64,000 bases of DNA from Camelus dromedarius (GCF_036321535.1 NC_087464.1:8122001-8186000); one strand, 5' to 3'. Counted from the stretch's first letter, positions 12,480-24,328 are shown. The notes: generated by a model from the letters alone, not told the origin. Program-made: numbers and translations.

Positions 12480-13060
12480 GCTTTTTCACTTGTACTGTTT
12501 TATTTATGTTTTTTTCCCTCTTCTGGGGTCAATTTTGTACCTTGCATTTTCCCTAGGAAAAGCTCCGTTTTCTTCTTTTCTGTTTTTCATTTCTTTCATT
12601 TCTGCCCTTACCCTTTATTATCCTCTTCTGGGTATATTTTATTGTTGTTTTTCTAAACTCGAATTGGATGTTTAAGTAATTCCTTTTTCTTATTTAATTA
12701 TATAGGTTTTTAATGCCATACATCTAGAAAAACACATTTTCCCCTTCAGATATTCTGCTTAAAATATCCGTGAATAATTTAAAAGATAGTTTAAAACATC
12801 CTAGACGGTTGACCATTTTCCCTTCTAATTTATCCCTACGCTTCGTGCCTTGCGTGACTTTTCTTGTTTCTGTCTTGCATCTCCTGTTTGATGATTGTTA
12901 CGTCTTCATATTTCATATTATCAAGGGTTATAGCATTTATCTTTTCTACCCTTGTTTCCCATCGGCATTTGGCTTTAATTGTATATTTAAGTAAATGTAA
13001 TGCTCATACATAGCATTTTTATCCAGCATCTAAATCTAAACATGATAGTTTGGTTCTTGA
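12480..13060 (-). mobile_element. Ancient L1M fragment, antisense
   Basis: Very T-rich decayed L1-like text, e.g. 'ccttgcattttccctagg', 'gtttttaatgccatacat', 'gtaatgctcatacatagc'. Confidence 0.4.
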
Positions 13061-13949
13061 TCATTTCCCATGAAAACAAGCACCATATTCTACATATATC
13101 CTAATTCATTCATCATCTCCTCGTCATTGGCCATTCTGACTGCTTTGCGTTCTCTTCTCTTGCAAGTGATACTGCCATGACTGCTCTTAAAGATGTATCG
13201 CCAACACTGTATTTTGCATTATTTCCCCAATGAGAGAGCTCACCAAGTGGAATGGTGAGTGCTGGTCTTTTTGAAGCCTTAGGTAATTCATACCTCTTGG
13301 CCTTGACTCTTGCAGGAATCGTGTTAGACTGCCCTCCTCTGGCAGCCGCTTTAACTACACTGCATTTTAATAGTTTTCTGCTTTTCTCTGTCTGATGAAA
13401 TGTTGGTAGCTGGAACCGAACCAGATATTCAGGGATAGACAGCATTCCTTGTGATGAGGTGAGTTTCTTTTTATTTCCAGGACTGTTTTTTTTTAATGTC
13501 TAGCATATTTCATGTACTAAATCTCAGAACTTTCACCTAAATCATCCCTGAGGATTGAGACTGACAACTTTGCTTTAAGAGAACCCTAGAATTTGGACTC
13601 GAAGAATAGCTGGGATCATTTTTCCATAAGATAATTGCCATGTTCTTATCTGTATAAAACTCTCCCTGCCACTTTTTACTTTCACACAAAACTTTGAAAA
13701 CATTTCTCTTTAGGTTATTACCCAGCAAGGGTGAGCCTCATATAGCGCATGTTGCCTTGTGCATGAAGAAAGGATTTCTTTTTTTCTATTTTCAGTAGTA
13801 ACGGGTAACCGGGCTGGGACTCACCCATGACACGCCCACGAGCAAGGTGAGAGGAGTCTGTGCTAGGAAATAAGATTTTTCTGCAGTGCTGGTGGACCCA
13901 GTGTGGCCCAGACTGAGCTGATTCTCTGTCCCAAAATTGGTTCAAGCCA

Positions 13950-14480
13950 GGACACTGAGCCCCTCTCCTGGCTCTTCATTCCCTTCCCTTCCACATCCTG
14001 CCAGTTTTATCTGCCAAGTATCACTCCCTGCCACTGCCAGCACCCTGCCTGGCCCTGGCTGCCGTGGCATCTCCCCCAGCTTCCTGCGCTGGCCTCTAAC
14101 AGGTCTGCTGTTTTCAGACTTGCATTTGTCATCCCTTCGCAGCATAGAAGCCAGAGGGATTTTTCTAACACAAACATTTTTACTGAAAAGCCTTCAGCAG
14201 CCCCTGTAACTGATATGATACATTTCAAGTCCATTAGCAGGACCGCTGATGCTCCCCGTCCCGTCCTGCCTGTGGGTCCTCACACATGCTTTTTCCTCTC
14301 CTGGAATGCTCTCCTCTCCCCACTCTGTGTGGCTAAATCCAGCCTATGGTTCCTTCTAACCTTAGATTTTACTTCTCTGGAGAAACTTTTCTGCATCCTC
14401 CAGGTTCGCTGGATTTATGGCTCCTTAATCCCCCAGCCCACCTTTGCCACACTGCATTAGTCCCAGCAGATGAGCCTCTG
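13950..14480 (+). mobile_element. L2 3' region remnant
   Basis: 'ccagttttatctgccaagtat...cactgccagcaccctgcctggcc...gcctctaacaggtctgc...gcagcatagaagccagagggatttttctaacac' follows L2 consensus wording. Confidence 0.7.
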
Positions 14481-14518
14481 AGCTCTGTAAAGTCAAGGTA
14501 TCTTGGTCTTGTGTGCTA

Positions 14519-14940
14519 TATCAGTTAGAAAGTGTACTTGACTGCTACAGCAGAGACTAAACAGAATAAGATAAGAAGGTATTTTTCTCACCTATCTCAG
14601 TCCCGAGAGCTGGTATGGGGTTCCGTGCACCCATTGGAGAACCAGCTTCTATGTTGCTGCTCTCATCCCTAGTCCTTGGCTTTCATCCACGAGGTCACCT
14701 TGTGACCCAGTGGCTGCTGGGGCTCCAGCCATTACATCCATGATCCAGAAGTAAACAGAAAGTGGAAGAGAAGGGCGAAAAGAGTTTACACAACAATTTG
14801 TCTCCCCTTTAAAGAACTTTTTCATAATCCTCCCTAGTAATGTCTGCTTCTCTCTCATTAGTACTTAGTTACATGATTCTATCTAGTTACAAGGTAGGCT
14901 GGGAGGTAGAATTTACCTTAGGTACAATACCATCCCAATT
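14519..14940 (-). mobile_element. Old MaLR LTR (MLT1J/K-like), antisense
   Basis: Starts 'tatcagttagaaagtgtacttgactgc'; contains 'gtggctgctggggctccagccattacatccatg...ctcccctttaaagaacttttt...agttacaaggtaggctggga'. Confidence 0.7.
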
Positions 14941-15289
14941 AAAGCTGGGGTTCTGTTACTGGGAAAGAAGAGAGGAAAGGGTACATTAAAACAACCAGCA
15001 GGCTCTGCTCTTCTCATGATAGTAATTCTAGGTCTATTTGGGTTCTTAGTAGATGCTTGTGAGAGTGAACTTGCCTCACTCCACCCAAAAGAAGAAGAGG
15101 ACGGTGCTGGACATACAGTGTCAGTGAGCTCAAATAGGATAGGAAACGTCATACTGAAGCCAGTGGAGACCATCTCTGTTACAAGGACGAGCGTGGCTCA
15201 TCTGTAAGTGCCTTGGCCACGCCACTTTCACTGAGCTGCCCTCTGTCCCGGGTCCAGCACAAAGAAGCAGGTGTGTGTAGTGGAGAGAA

Positions 15290-15405
15290 TCCTGGCCTAG
15301 GATCCAGGGCTAGGGCTCCCGGGCTGCTCCGTAACTGACGAGCTAGATGGCTTTGCTCTAGTCACTTATCCTCCTGAATCATTTTCTCCGTTTGTAAAAT
15401 ACCAC
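15290..15405 (+). mobile_element. MIR fragment
   Basis: 'ggagagaatcctggcctaggatccagggc...gtcacttatcctcctgaatcattttctccgtttgtaaaat'. Confidence 0.55.
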
Positions 15406-15509
15406 TTCCACTCACCTGCTGTAGGGTGGGGGGGAGGTGTGAGAGCCCAATAAGGTAACACACGTACTCGCGGACCTGATCACTGGTGGATGCGCACCCG
15501 CATGGACCA

Positions 15510-15625
15510 GCCGTTTACACCGCTGCTTTTCAAATGCTAATGTGCTGGTGCACCAGGTGGGTTCTGGTAAAATGCAGATCCCGTTCAGTAGTTCTGGTGA
15601 GAGGTCCCAGACTCGTGGTCGGCCC
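15510..15625. mobile_element. MER5A-like fragment
   Basis: 'gctgcttttcaaatgctaatgtgctggtgcaccaggtgggttctggtaaaatgcagatcccgttcagtagttctgg' resembles MER5A. Confidence 0.55.
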
Positions 15626-15975
15626 TTTGAAGCTTCAGGTCCAGCTCCACCCCGGGGAACTGGAGGGCGTGGGGTGAGTGAGGGGAGGTCCCAGCCCCGG
15701 CAGCCCACAGACTCTCTTCCCACCTGGAGAGCTGCACTTGATGGTCCTCACTTCTCAGTCACACTCTACCCGCGTGGAGCGTGTTCACACGATCCTCACT
15801 GACCTGCCAGCATCCCCTGGGGATGCTTTTCCCCTTGCTCTGGGGCTGTGGCCTTGACCTTCTTCCTATCTTTGCTTTGCTGCGCCGAGTGGTATCCAGA
15901 CCATCACGGATGGCCAGGTCATTTTTTTAACCCTATGTGGCAAAAAACCTCCACTTCAAATAAATGGAAACCTTA

Positions 15976-16022
15976 AAAACAAAAACAAAAACAAAAACAA
16001 AAACAAAAACAAACAAACAAAC
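15976..16022. repeat. (CAAAAA)n / (CAAA)n simple repeat
   Basis: 'aaaaacaaaaacaaaaacaaaaacaaaaacaaaaacaaacaaacaaa'. Confidence 0.95.
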
Positions 16023-16734
16023 TCTCATATAAAAACAAAGTGAATAAAGCAACCAAAACATATAAAGTCAGATTTCCCAATAGTTTCCCAATAATCTTCC
16101 CCAAACCTTGGCAAGACTTCGAGTGGACGACGTAGCTTTCTCCCACTGCTCTTTAAACTTTGCAAAAAGCTTACATGAAATAGAGCCCCAAACTCAGACT
16201 TGGACCCCTTTCTCCAAGACCATTTCTAAGCCAAGGCAGGAAGGACAGAAATAGGGATTTTTTTGTTTCACTAGCATCACAAAACTGGCTTGATTTTTAA
16301 AATTACGCTAAATTTTTCTGATAGGGAAAACAATATGTAGTTATTTCAAAAAATGAAAGTAGGGGAAGAGAAAAAGTAGAAGGAAACAAGTCCCTCATGA
16401 TTTCATTTTGAAAGGTAGTCATTTCAAACATTTTGAGGTCTTGAAGTATTTTGTTTTTTCTTTAAAATTCCCTACATTTAGACTTTCTCTCTTTACATAG
16501 CTATTATCTCCAGGGAGAGGGAGTCGGAGAGGTGATGGGGAGATGGGCTGGGAGGGGAGGCAGGTGTGAAGCCGGCTCTCGGTTGCTATTGAGGGGTAGG
16601 TGCTGAAGCCAGCTTGCCAGGGGTCTGGTGGGAGGCTGGTGACCGGCCTGCTGGGTGGGTCTGCACTGCTGCTTCTCTCTGTCAGCTGTGTGCTGGCCAC
16701 TTCTTAGCAAAGTAGAATATCGCAAGGCCATTCA

Positions 16735-16835
16735 ACAAATGAGTGTTTTCTGTTCAGTCTTCATAGCGACCTTGAAGGTAGACACCATTGTCATTCCCAT
16801 TTTACAGATGAAGAAACTGAGGCTATGCTCTTACT
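16735..16835 (-). mobile_element. MIR core fragment
   Basis: 'gacaccattgtcattcccattttacagatgaagaaactgaggct'. Confidence 0.7.
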
Positions 16836-18451
16836 AGGATATTGTAATGATTATTTTCTAAAACCTGCACTATATCCATGTGTGCACCTTGATTCTGGTG
16901 CCGTTTGTTATAAGTAAGATGAGACTTGATCTCAGCACTGGTGTTTCGGAGGGTCTCCCAACTCAAAGTAGGAGAGTCAAAAACGGCCTCTCAGAGGAAA
17001 GGTTTAACAGGAAGGGGCTTCGTGAAGAGAGCGAGGTGGAAAGGGCTCAACTTCCCAGGGTTATCATGCGCTCCTGTAAATCCCTAGCCAAGGGGATGAG
17101 TGGGACATCCATGTCCTCTTTGCATTCTTCTCAGCTAGGCACTCAGAGTAGATGTGTTGACCATACTAGCAATAAAATTTTCCAGAAGCCAAATCTGGGA
17201 TATTGCTAGACTCAACAGTGACTTGTGCAAATCACAAATGGACGGTTCCTCTTGGTTACAGATGTCAGGCATAAAGGAAAGACACCCTCCCTCTGGGTGG
17301 AGGAAACGGTTCCCACCCTAGACCCTTCTCTAAGGTCATTGGCTTTGGGCTTGGCCCCTACTTGTCCCCTGTTAGGTATCTTGTTCCATGAACCCACTGC
17401 ACATCACGGCCCATCAGAGGTCCTTGGTGCTGAACTTCAGGCTATTGGTGTCTGGACTCTGAATACAGTGACCCCATCTGTCTTATGCTTGGACCCCTGA
17501 CACTGGGGAGGAGAAGCCAGTGGGGGTCACACTGGCATGAAGGAGTCATGACCAACACTGGATTCTCCCAGGAGTGGGTTATGTTGGATGCACCAGGAAA
17601 AGTAATCTTTGGAGACCCCAGTTGCCTGAAGGGGATGGGGAAAGACTGACTATGAAGATATAAAAAGCAAGTCAAGATACCTAAAGAAACAGGCTTCTGC
17701 TCCTTCCAGAGATGCTCAGAGCAGCCTTCCTTGAAGATGTCCCTTCCTGTACCTTCAGGGAAAATAACTTTATTTGTCCCTCATTATTTTTACATGTCTA
17801 ATAAATTACATATAATGCCAGCATGCCTTCTTAACAGCAATTAGAATAAACTGTAAGAATCAATTCAGCTGCTTAACAATTAAGGTTCTAATGAGCGGAA
17901 TAGAAATCGTATGATGAGGATTTGGACAATTCGTTAGTTGGAAGCATAAGCACTAAAAAACTAATGAAGTCTTTAGCTAAATTATTCAAAACAACACAAA
18001 AAAATTGGACAGGAGGGACAAATGCCAGAAATAGGCCATATTCTTCACATTAGAGGAAAAAAATGTGCTGAGAGAAATCCTAAAAAGGATACAGGAACAG
18101 AGAATCAGGACGGTTTGGAATCTTGCCATCATGGAACAGTATAAGCTCGATGGTGTATTTATATAAGGAGGCGCAGTTTCCACTGTGTGAACAGCTTCTC
18201 TCATTTGGCCTCACTGTACACTGCTGTTGAGGTGGGTGTTTCTCAGCTGAAGAAGCCCAGAGAGGTTGGTACACTTGCCCAGAGCTACCCAGCCAACTGC
18301 CATAAACGCTGATCCTTCCACCTGTCTGCCCTGCCACTACCAAGGAACAAGGTAAATTTCTCCTGAGGGACATTTCAGAAATAGTAGAAAATCAACACAG
18401 GCAATGCAGAGGGTGCAAGTAACCTGCCTCTGCCCCTCTTTTGTCTGTCTC

Positions 18452-18975
18452 TTTCTTTTAACTGAGGTATAATTTCCTAAGGTAAATTGCACACATTTTA
18501 GCAAAGTGGACAGCTCCATGAATAGGTAGACATCTGTGCAGCCACCACGGAAATCAACAACTATTACATTTCCATTATTCCGGAAAGTTCTGTCGTGCCC
18601 CTCTCCAGGCCATCGGCACCCCCAGAGGCGCCTATTGATCTGTTTTCTATCACTATGGGTTTGTTGGCCGGTTCTCCATGTCAATGGAACTATAGTGTCT
18701 TTAGTGTTCGGTATCGGACTCCTTTCACTTAACATAAAGCCATGCTGTTGCCTGTATCAGCAAATCATCTCTCTTTATTGCTGAGAGCGATTCTGTGGTA
18801 TGAATATACCACAATTTGTTCATCCGTTCTGTTGACAGACGTTTGGATTATTTCCAGCTTTGGGCTATTATGAATGAATCTGCTGTGGGCATTCTTGTGG
18901 AATGCACGTTTTTTGAACCATCAACACTCCTCGCTAGGAGTGGAATTCCTGGGTCATGGGGTAGGCTATGATTAA
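18452..18975 (-). mobile_element. Ancient L1MB/L1ME 3' end, antisense
   Basis: 'tttaactgaggtataatttcctaaggtaaattgcacacatttt...gcagccaccacggaaatc...ggtatgaatataccacaatttgttcatccgttctgttgacagacgtttggattatttccagctttgggctattatg...ggagtggaattcctgggtcatgg'. Confidence 0.85.
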
Positions 18976-19392
18976 TTCATTGCCATATGATTTTTTTTTT
19001 GCTAGTTCTCCCCCCTCCTTTTTTTTTTTTTTTTTTACATTATCACCTTATAAATGTTAATTGTTCAACTTAGACTTTACCCACAGGCAAAAGTCACAAA
19101 ATTTAGAATAATTTCATGTCATTTGATTTTCTCCTGACCGGTTCAAATCTCATTTTAACTAAGGAAAAACTGGTAAGTGCATCGCATCCGGGTCGTGTAC
19201 ATCACGTTTTGTCTGTACGTCTCTGTTTGGGGTTGAGTGTTACAAAATGAAAGATGGCTATTGGTCAGCAAGTCCTAGTGGGAAGGCAGAACTAACCCAT
19301 GGATTGAGGGGAACCTGCTCTCTCGCAGGAGCGGTCTTTCGGAAACCTCCCCCTGCCCAGCGGAGGCCGCTGCCTCGGGCTGCCTGGCTGCG

Positions 19393-19412
19393 CGGCGCCA
19401 CCTAGCGTCAGC
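19393..19412 (-). promoter_or_regulatory. Candidate CTCF binding site in a small CpG-rich patch
   Basis: Minus strand reads GCTGACGCTAGGTGGCGCCG. The core ACGCTAGGTGGCGC fits the CTCF core CC(A/G)C(C/T)AG(G/A)(G/T)GGC(G/A)C with one mismatch at the first C. Confidence 0.65.
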
Positions 19413-20717
19413 CGGGCTCCGCGCGGGGCTTGCTCAGCGCCTCCTTTCCGCCGGGTTTATGAGAATCACCCAGCGTTCCGGTGACATCTTTTGCCAAAAA
19501 CCAGAAAGCTCTTCTCAGCATTCTTGGCTTTAATCGTGCGCAGTTCCTGACCCCTCCGGAAAGGGCCCCTGAGTGAGCCCTGGGCCCCTAGTCCACGCTA
19601 CACCTTTATTCAGCCCTTTCTCCCTGTGGCCCCAGGAGATCGCCACCATGGACAGCAGCCAGGACCCAGCAAAACGGCAGCGCGTTCCCTCCCTCCTATC
19701 CACTGTCCCTCGCCCAGTCCTCCTGGACATCTCTGCTAAGAGGGAGTCTCATTTAAACGTCCTCCAGGGAAGTCAGAAAGGGAGCTGACATTGAGAACCG
19801 ACTTCTCTTGACACAGATGCGCTGAATTTTGGGGCATTTTATGTTTACTATTGCAACAAAACAGTGGGGCAACTATCATCCCATTTCATAAGTGAGAAAA
19901 GACTTAGAGGTTAAGTATTTTTTTCCGAGGTCACTCAGCTTTTCTGGAAGGAACTATATCTCAAGCTCATCACTGGCTATTTCCACCCAGCAGAACAGCA
20001 CTTTTTGGGGAGTCCAGTGTTCCCCTTGCTTAATTTTCTCCTCCCTCCGCCCCTTTCCCATCTTGTCCTGTTCTCCCGGGATGCTCATAAACTGCCACTC
20101 CTCCTGCTTCAGATGCCACATGTCATGTGGTTGGAAGGAGCTCCAGTTGGCCCTTTCAGGCAGTGTCCCCTAGCCAGCTGTCCTGAGCCTCCTTGGGAGG
20201 GCCGGTCCAGGAGCAGGCACGTGCAAATTTCTGCCATTCTCCTCTGACCTGAGGCTCTTCGCTTGTGAAAAAAAAGAACCCTTCTGAGATTTGAGATGCT
20301 TTCGTACTTTAATGCCATTTTCCTAGGAAATGATGCTTCTGATGAAGCAAATAGAACAACAATGACAAAATAGAGCAGGAAAGGGTCCTTGGGGTTCACT
20401 TCATTCTGATGCTGCAGGATAATGAGGGAGGAGGGGTGTGTCTTAGGGGTTTGTCCAGCATGATCTAGTGATGTCATAACAAAGCCAGACAGGTTGCCTT
20501 GTCCCCTGCTGTTCAAGGGCTGTCCCCATGGGGAGAGGGGCACACAGGTTGTCCATAGAGGGTGTACATGATTGGAGGAAGGTGTTGGTTTGGAGTTGGA
20601 AGGAGGGTAGCAAGAGATATAAAGACAAAAATGAAATTTGAGTGGAGAGTCACCTGTCCAAGGGATCTTGAGAGTCAACAGGTGTGCCTTGCTTGAACAG
20701 TCAGTGTAGAATAACTT

Positions 20718-21179
20718 TATCATGGGTGGCATGGTGTCCCTCCAAATTCATATGTTGATGTCCCAACCTCCAATACCTTAGAATGTGACCTTATTTGGAG
20801 ATAAGGTCTTTAAAGAAGAAAATCAAGTTAAAAGGAGATCATTAGTGTAGGTCTTGATCCAATAGGGCTGTTGTTCCAAAAAGAGACAGACATGCACACA
20901 GGGACAGCACCACGTGGTGCTAAAGGGATGAAGACAGAGGTCAGGTGGGGGTTGGGGAATGCTTCAACAAGTCAAGATGCTAACAATGGCCAGAAAACCA
21001 CCAAAAGCCAGGAGAGAGCCCTGGAACAGGTGCTCCCTCGTGGCCCCCAGGAGGAACAAAGCCTGCTGACACCTTGATCTCAGACTTCCAGCCTCCAGCA
21101 CCATGAGACAATGCATTTCTGTTGTTTAAGCCCCACGATTTGTGGTCCCTTGTTATGACAGCCCTAAGAAATGAATACA
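20718..21179 (+). mobile_element. MaLR solo LTR (MLT1B/C-like)
   Basis: 'ggtgtccctccaaattcatatgttgatgtcccaacctccaataccttagaatgtgaccttatttggagataaggtc...gacaccttgatctcagacttccagcctccag...gttgtttaagcc...gccctaagaaatgaataca'. Confidence 0.9.
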
Positions 21180-22045
21180 CACCCTTCTGTGCTCACGGAG
21201 TTGATGGAGACAGGGACACGCTCAGGGTGGAGGACTTGGCACTGGTTATTACCCTCCTCTGTTGGTGAAGAGCTGTGTTATGCATTTGCTAAAGATTGCA
21301 ACCCCTTTCCTCATAAATCCAATTGTTCGCACCTCAAAATGACTATAATGGGAATATTAGAAATACTATATTTCTGTCTCCCAGACCATGAAGAGAAATG
21401 CGCTATATTTGCAGGGTTGGAAGTAAGCAGAGGGAAGCCGGGCACCTGGGGCGTGAAATTGAAGGAGGCCCCATTCTCAGATGCTGATTCTGCACTGACC
21501 CTGCTCTGGGACTCCGTGTCCCCCTTAAACTGTGCACCCTACGTGCCTCCTTCATCTTCCCCTGGTCCAGACCCTGTACGTCTGTACTTGGAGCCAAAGA
21601 GAAGATAACAGGCATTAAGGGGGTCTAGAAACTGATATGTGATGGCCAGGACCGCTGTCACAAATCCTAAAATGATTAAGAGAAGCTGCTTCTGCACAAT
21701 GCCTTCATCCCCTGATGTTTTTCATTTGCATGGCTATGTAAGGGCTTGGTGTCATGATTTTCATCTTTAGTGATTCTCAGATGACTGTTTGGGGAGAATT
21801 CAGGGAGAAGACATCGGCAAACACGTTCTGATTTCATGAGCTCAGGCTGGCTGTGCACTGGTGCCGGGAGGGCAGGAAGCCCTGTAGCCTCCCTCAGGGA
21901 TGGTCAGTGTGGCCAGAGCACTAAGAACAATTATCTTCCACATGGCAGGACCAAGCCAGATGACAGAACTCTTCTTTTAACTCTCAGCGAACTATCTACT
22001 CTCCTAGAAGTCTCAGATGAGACACCTGACCCTGTACCACTGAGT

Positions 22046-22235
22046 CAGGGCCACAGAGTGAGTAAATAAAAATGCAGGACACCCAGTGAAATTTGAGTTT
22101 GGGGTAAGTAATGAATAATCTTTTATTTGAAGTATGTCCCCAATGTTGTATGGGTCATACTTACACAAAAATTATCTATAATGTATCTGAAACAAAATTT
22201 AACTGAGTATCCTATATTTTATCTGCCAGTTCTAT
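22046..22235. mobile_element. MER53 palindromic hAT MITE
   Basis: 'aatgcaggacacccagtgaaatttgag...aagtatgtccccaatgttgtatgggtcatactt...aaatttaactgagtatcctatatttt' matches the self-complementary MER53 consensus as recalled. Confidence 0.8.
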
Positions 22236-22739
22236 CTGGATCGTGTGTAAGGTGCTGATCTGGAGTGAGCGCTGGTATAGTGTGATGAGATGTGAAGGGT
22301 GTCCACGGGTGAAAGTTTTGGCCCCCTTCCCTCAGGATTTAAATTAGTCCAGCCCCAAAAGAGATTAATCTCAGTAGATCAAGAACCTCTGATTGTTTGA
22401 GCAGGCACATTCCACCTGGAAGAACTCACCCCAGCCTTTCTAGACTACAGCATTTGTTGGCTACATAAAGAAATGGGGGCAGAAGAGCAGCTGTTTGATT
22501 TGGAATTGAAATGTGGTCCAGCTTCTGGGACAAGTCTTTCACTATTTAGAGCTGTTTCCTTGAGACTTTCTCTAAGGGTGAGTGTTCAGGGACAGTCTTT
22601 GAATGTAAATTAAATTTTCTTTATAAATAGTTTGTTCTTAAGAATTGTCCAAGTAATGTGGCTAAGAAGCACGTCCACCTGGCAGCTGTGATTTGGACTC
22701 ATGTCCTTGGCAAGTCCGTGGGACAAGGGGAAGCCACGG

Positions 22740-23250
22740 TCCTCCTGCTGGGAGTGCTCCTAACTGCCCCTCTGCCCACACATCCATCCCCCCATCCATC
22801 TGCCAAACACCTGGTTTGGACACATATTGAGAAGAGAGAGAAAAATGAGTTATACTCTTCAAGGAGCTCATCATCTCTTAGAGAAGACAGGCATGTAACT
22901 AGATGATTATAAGAAATTGTGATTTTGCTAGGAGAGAGATGGGCACAGTGGATGCTGGAAATACTCAGATGCAGGGTTTAATTGAGGTGTAGGAAGGAAG
23001 AGCCAATTTTCAGGAGGAACTGATGCCTTAGTAAATCTGTAAGGATGAAAATGGGAGTTAGTTAGCTAGGAGATCTATTTAGAAGTTTGAGGCAAGGATC
23101 ATTGATCATTTTCAGATAGAGATACTGGGGGAAGGTGGAGGGAGATCTTAAAGTTGGCACCTAGGTTTCTGGCTTGGCCCTTGCCTGGAAGGTGGACACA
23201 GCTGGAGAAGTAGGCTTAGACCTTCCAAGTAGTCACTTTTAGAAGAAGCG
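22740..23250 (-). mobile_element. L2 remnant, antisense
   Basis: 'tcaaggagctcatcatctcttagagaagacaggcatgtaactagatgattataag', purine-rich body, 'ctaggtttctggcttgg'. Confidence 0.6.
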
Positions 23251-24238
23251 AGTACCTAGACCACAATGGATGTTGGTCAAACTTTAAAATGTCCATTCTC
23301 TGTGAGCTTGGGAAGTTTCACATTAATCAATGAGGAAAAGTCATCTCTACTCTCTGGTCACCAAGACACCGGAGTGCAGAATGGCAGACTTCATTATCCA
23401 TTTAATTTGAAAGGTTTCCTTTTCTTTCATTTGAATCCAGAGTCATAAAAGTAGAGCATATCTATGCGTCGGCAGGCAAAAGAGAATGCATGTAGGAAAG
23501 AGAAAGTTGACCATGTGGTCCTGCTCAGTGTAAAAGGTGCAGCTTCCAAAGAGCTGCCCAGAGAACTTGATGAATCACTAAAACGTGGCATATTTGCCTT
23601 CAAATTTGCTGCGTCACTGGGTGGCACACTGCAACAAAAATGGGTGACAATGAGTTCCATAGATTGTAGTTTTGGGCAAAATGTCCTAGATGAGCTACAG
23701 ATTGTATTTCCCATGCTTCATGACTGATGTTTGCAATTACCAATCGCTGGGGACAGTTCCCACTGGAACAGACGTCTTCAGTAGGTTTTAATACAAAATT
23801 AGTCATGCAGATTCCCTGGGACTTGGTATTTTATGAAGTCTCACCACCTCCATCTCTCTTCAGAGAAGCACTGTGTGCTGTGCCCTCCTAAAAGATTTTT
23901 TAAAAAAAGTAAAATGTGCATTAACAGTGAAGGGGACCAGCTTCTGCTCAGAATTCAAACAAATGCCTTTTCTGGTCAAAACGACGGAAGGATCTCAAAG
24001 ACGACTCTTTGATCCGCACAATCAACTATCGGATGGTACTTTTGTTCTACACCAGTGCAGCTTGCAGCATGTTTATTTGGCAGTAGAAAAAAGGTCACTA
24101 TTTTAAGGCAGTTCAGAAACCAAATGTTCCCATAATATGTCAGCTTTCTCACAAAGCACCCCTTGGCTTGGCTGCTTTGGAATCTGTGCTTTTGACAAGC
24201 ACAAGCTCTCTTAGATGTGTTCGTGTGTTAACGCGTGG

Positions 24239-24263
24239 TGTGTGTGTGTGTGCCTGTGTGTGT
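24239..24263. repeat. Short imperfect (TG)n microsatellite
   Basis: tgtgtgtgtgtgtgcctgtgtgtgt. Confidence 0.9.
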
Positions 24264-24275
24264 CAGGGTCTGTTG

Positions 24276-24328
24276 GAGGTTTGTTAATTGCAAAAGCCGA
24301 GGTCTGTTAATTGCATAAGCTGAGGTCT
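24276..24328. repeat. Tandem duplication of a 23-bp unit (about 2.3 copies)
   Basis: gaggtttgttaattgcaaaagcc (24276-24298) / gaggtctgttaattgcataagct (24299-24321) / gaggtct. Confidence 0.9.

Noticed and set aside
8602-13445. The same peptide IPEYLVR in the ORFs at 8602-8853 (+) and 13113-13445 (-)
   Set aside because: Similarity does not extend beyond 7 codons and neither ORF is recognisable; treated as coincidence.
13167-13458. Plus-strand exon-like segments with GTGAGT donors (about 13255 and 13458)
   Set aside because: The first has stops in all three frames and the second gave no recognisable peptide; there is no supporting neighbouring exon.
19087-19172. Plus-strand 86-nt exon-like segment (cccacag| ... 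ctg|gtaagt)
   Set aside because: Stops in all three frames; it could only be non-coding and has no other support.
21385-21422. 38-nt plus-strand exon-like segment (ctcccag|ACCATGAAG ... GAA|gtaagc)
   Set aside because: The peptides (MKRNALYLQGW or DHEEKCAIFAGLE) are unrecognised, and isolated pseudo-exons like this are expected by chance.
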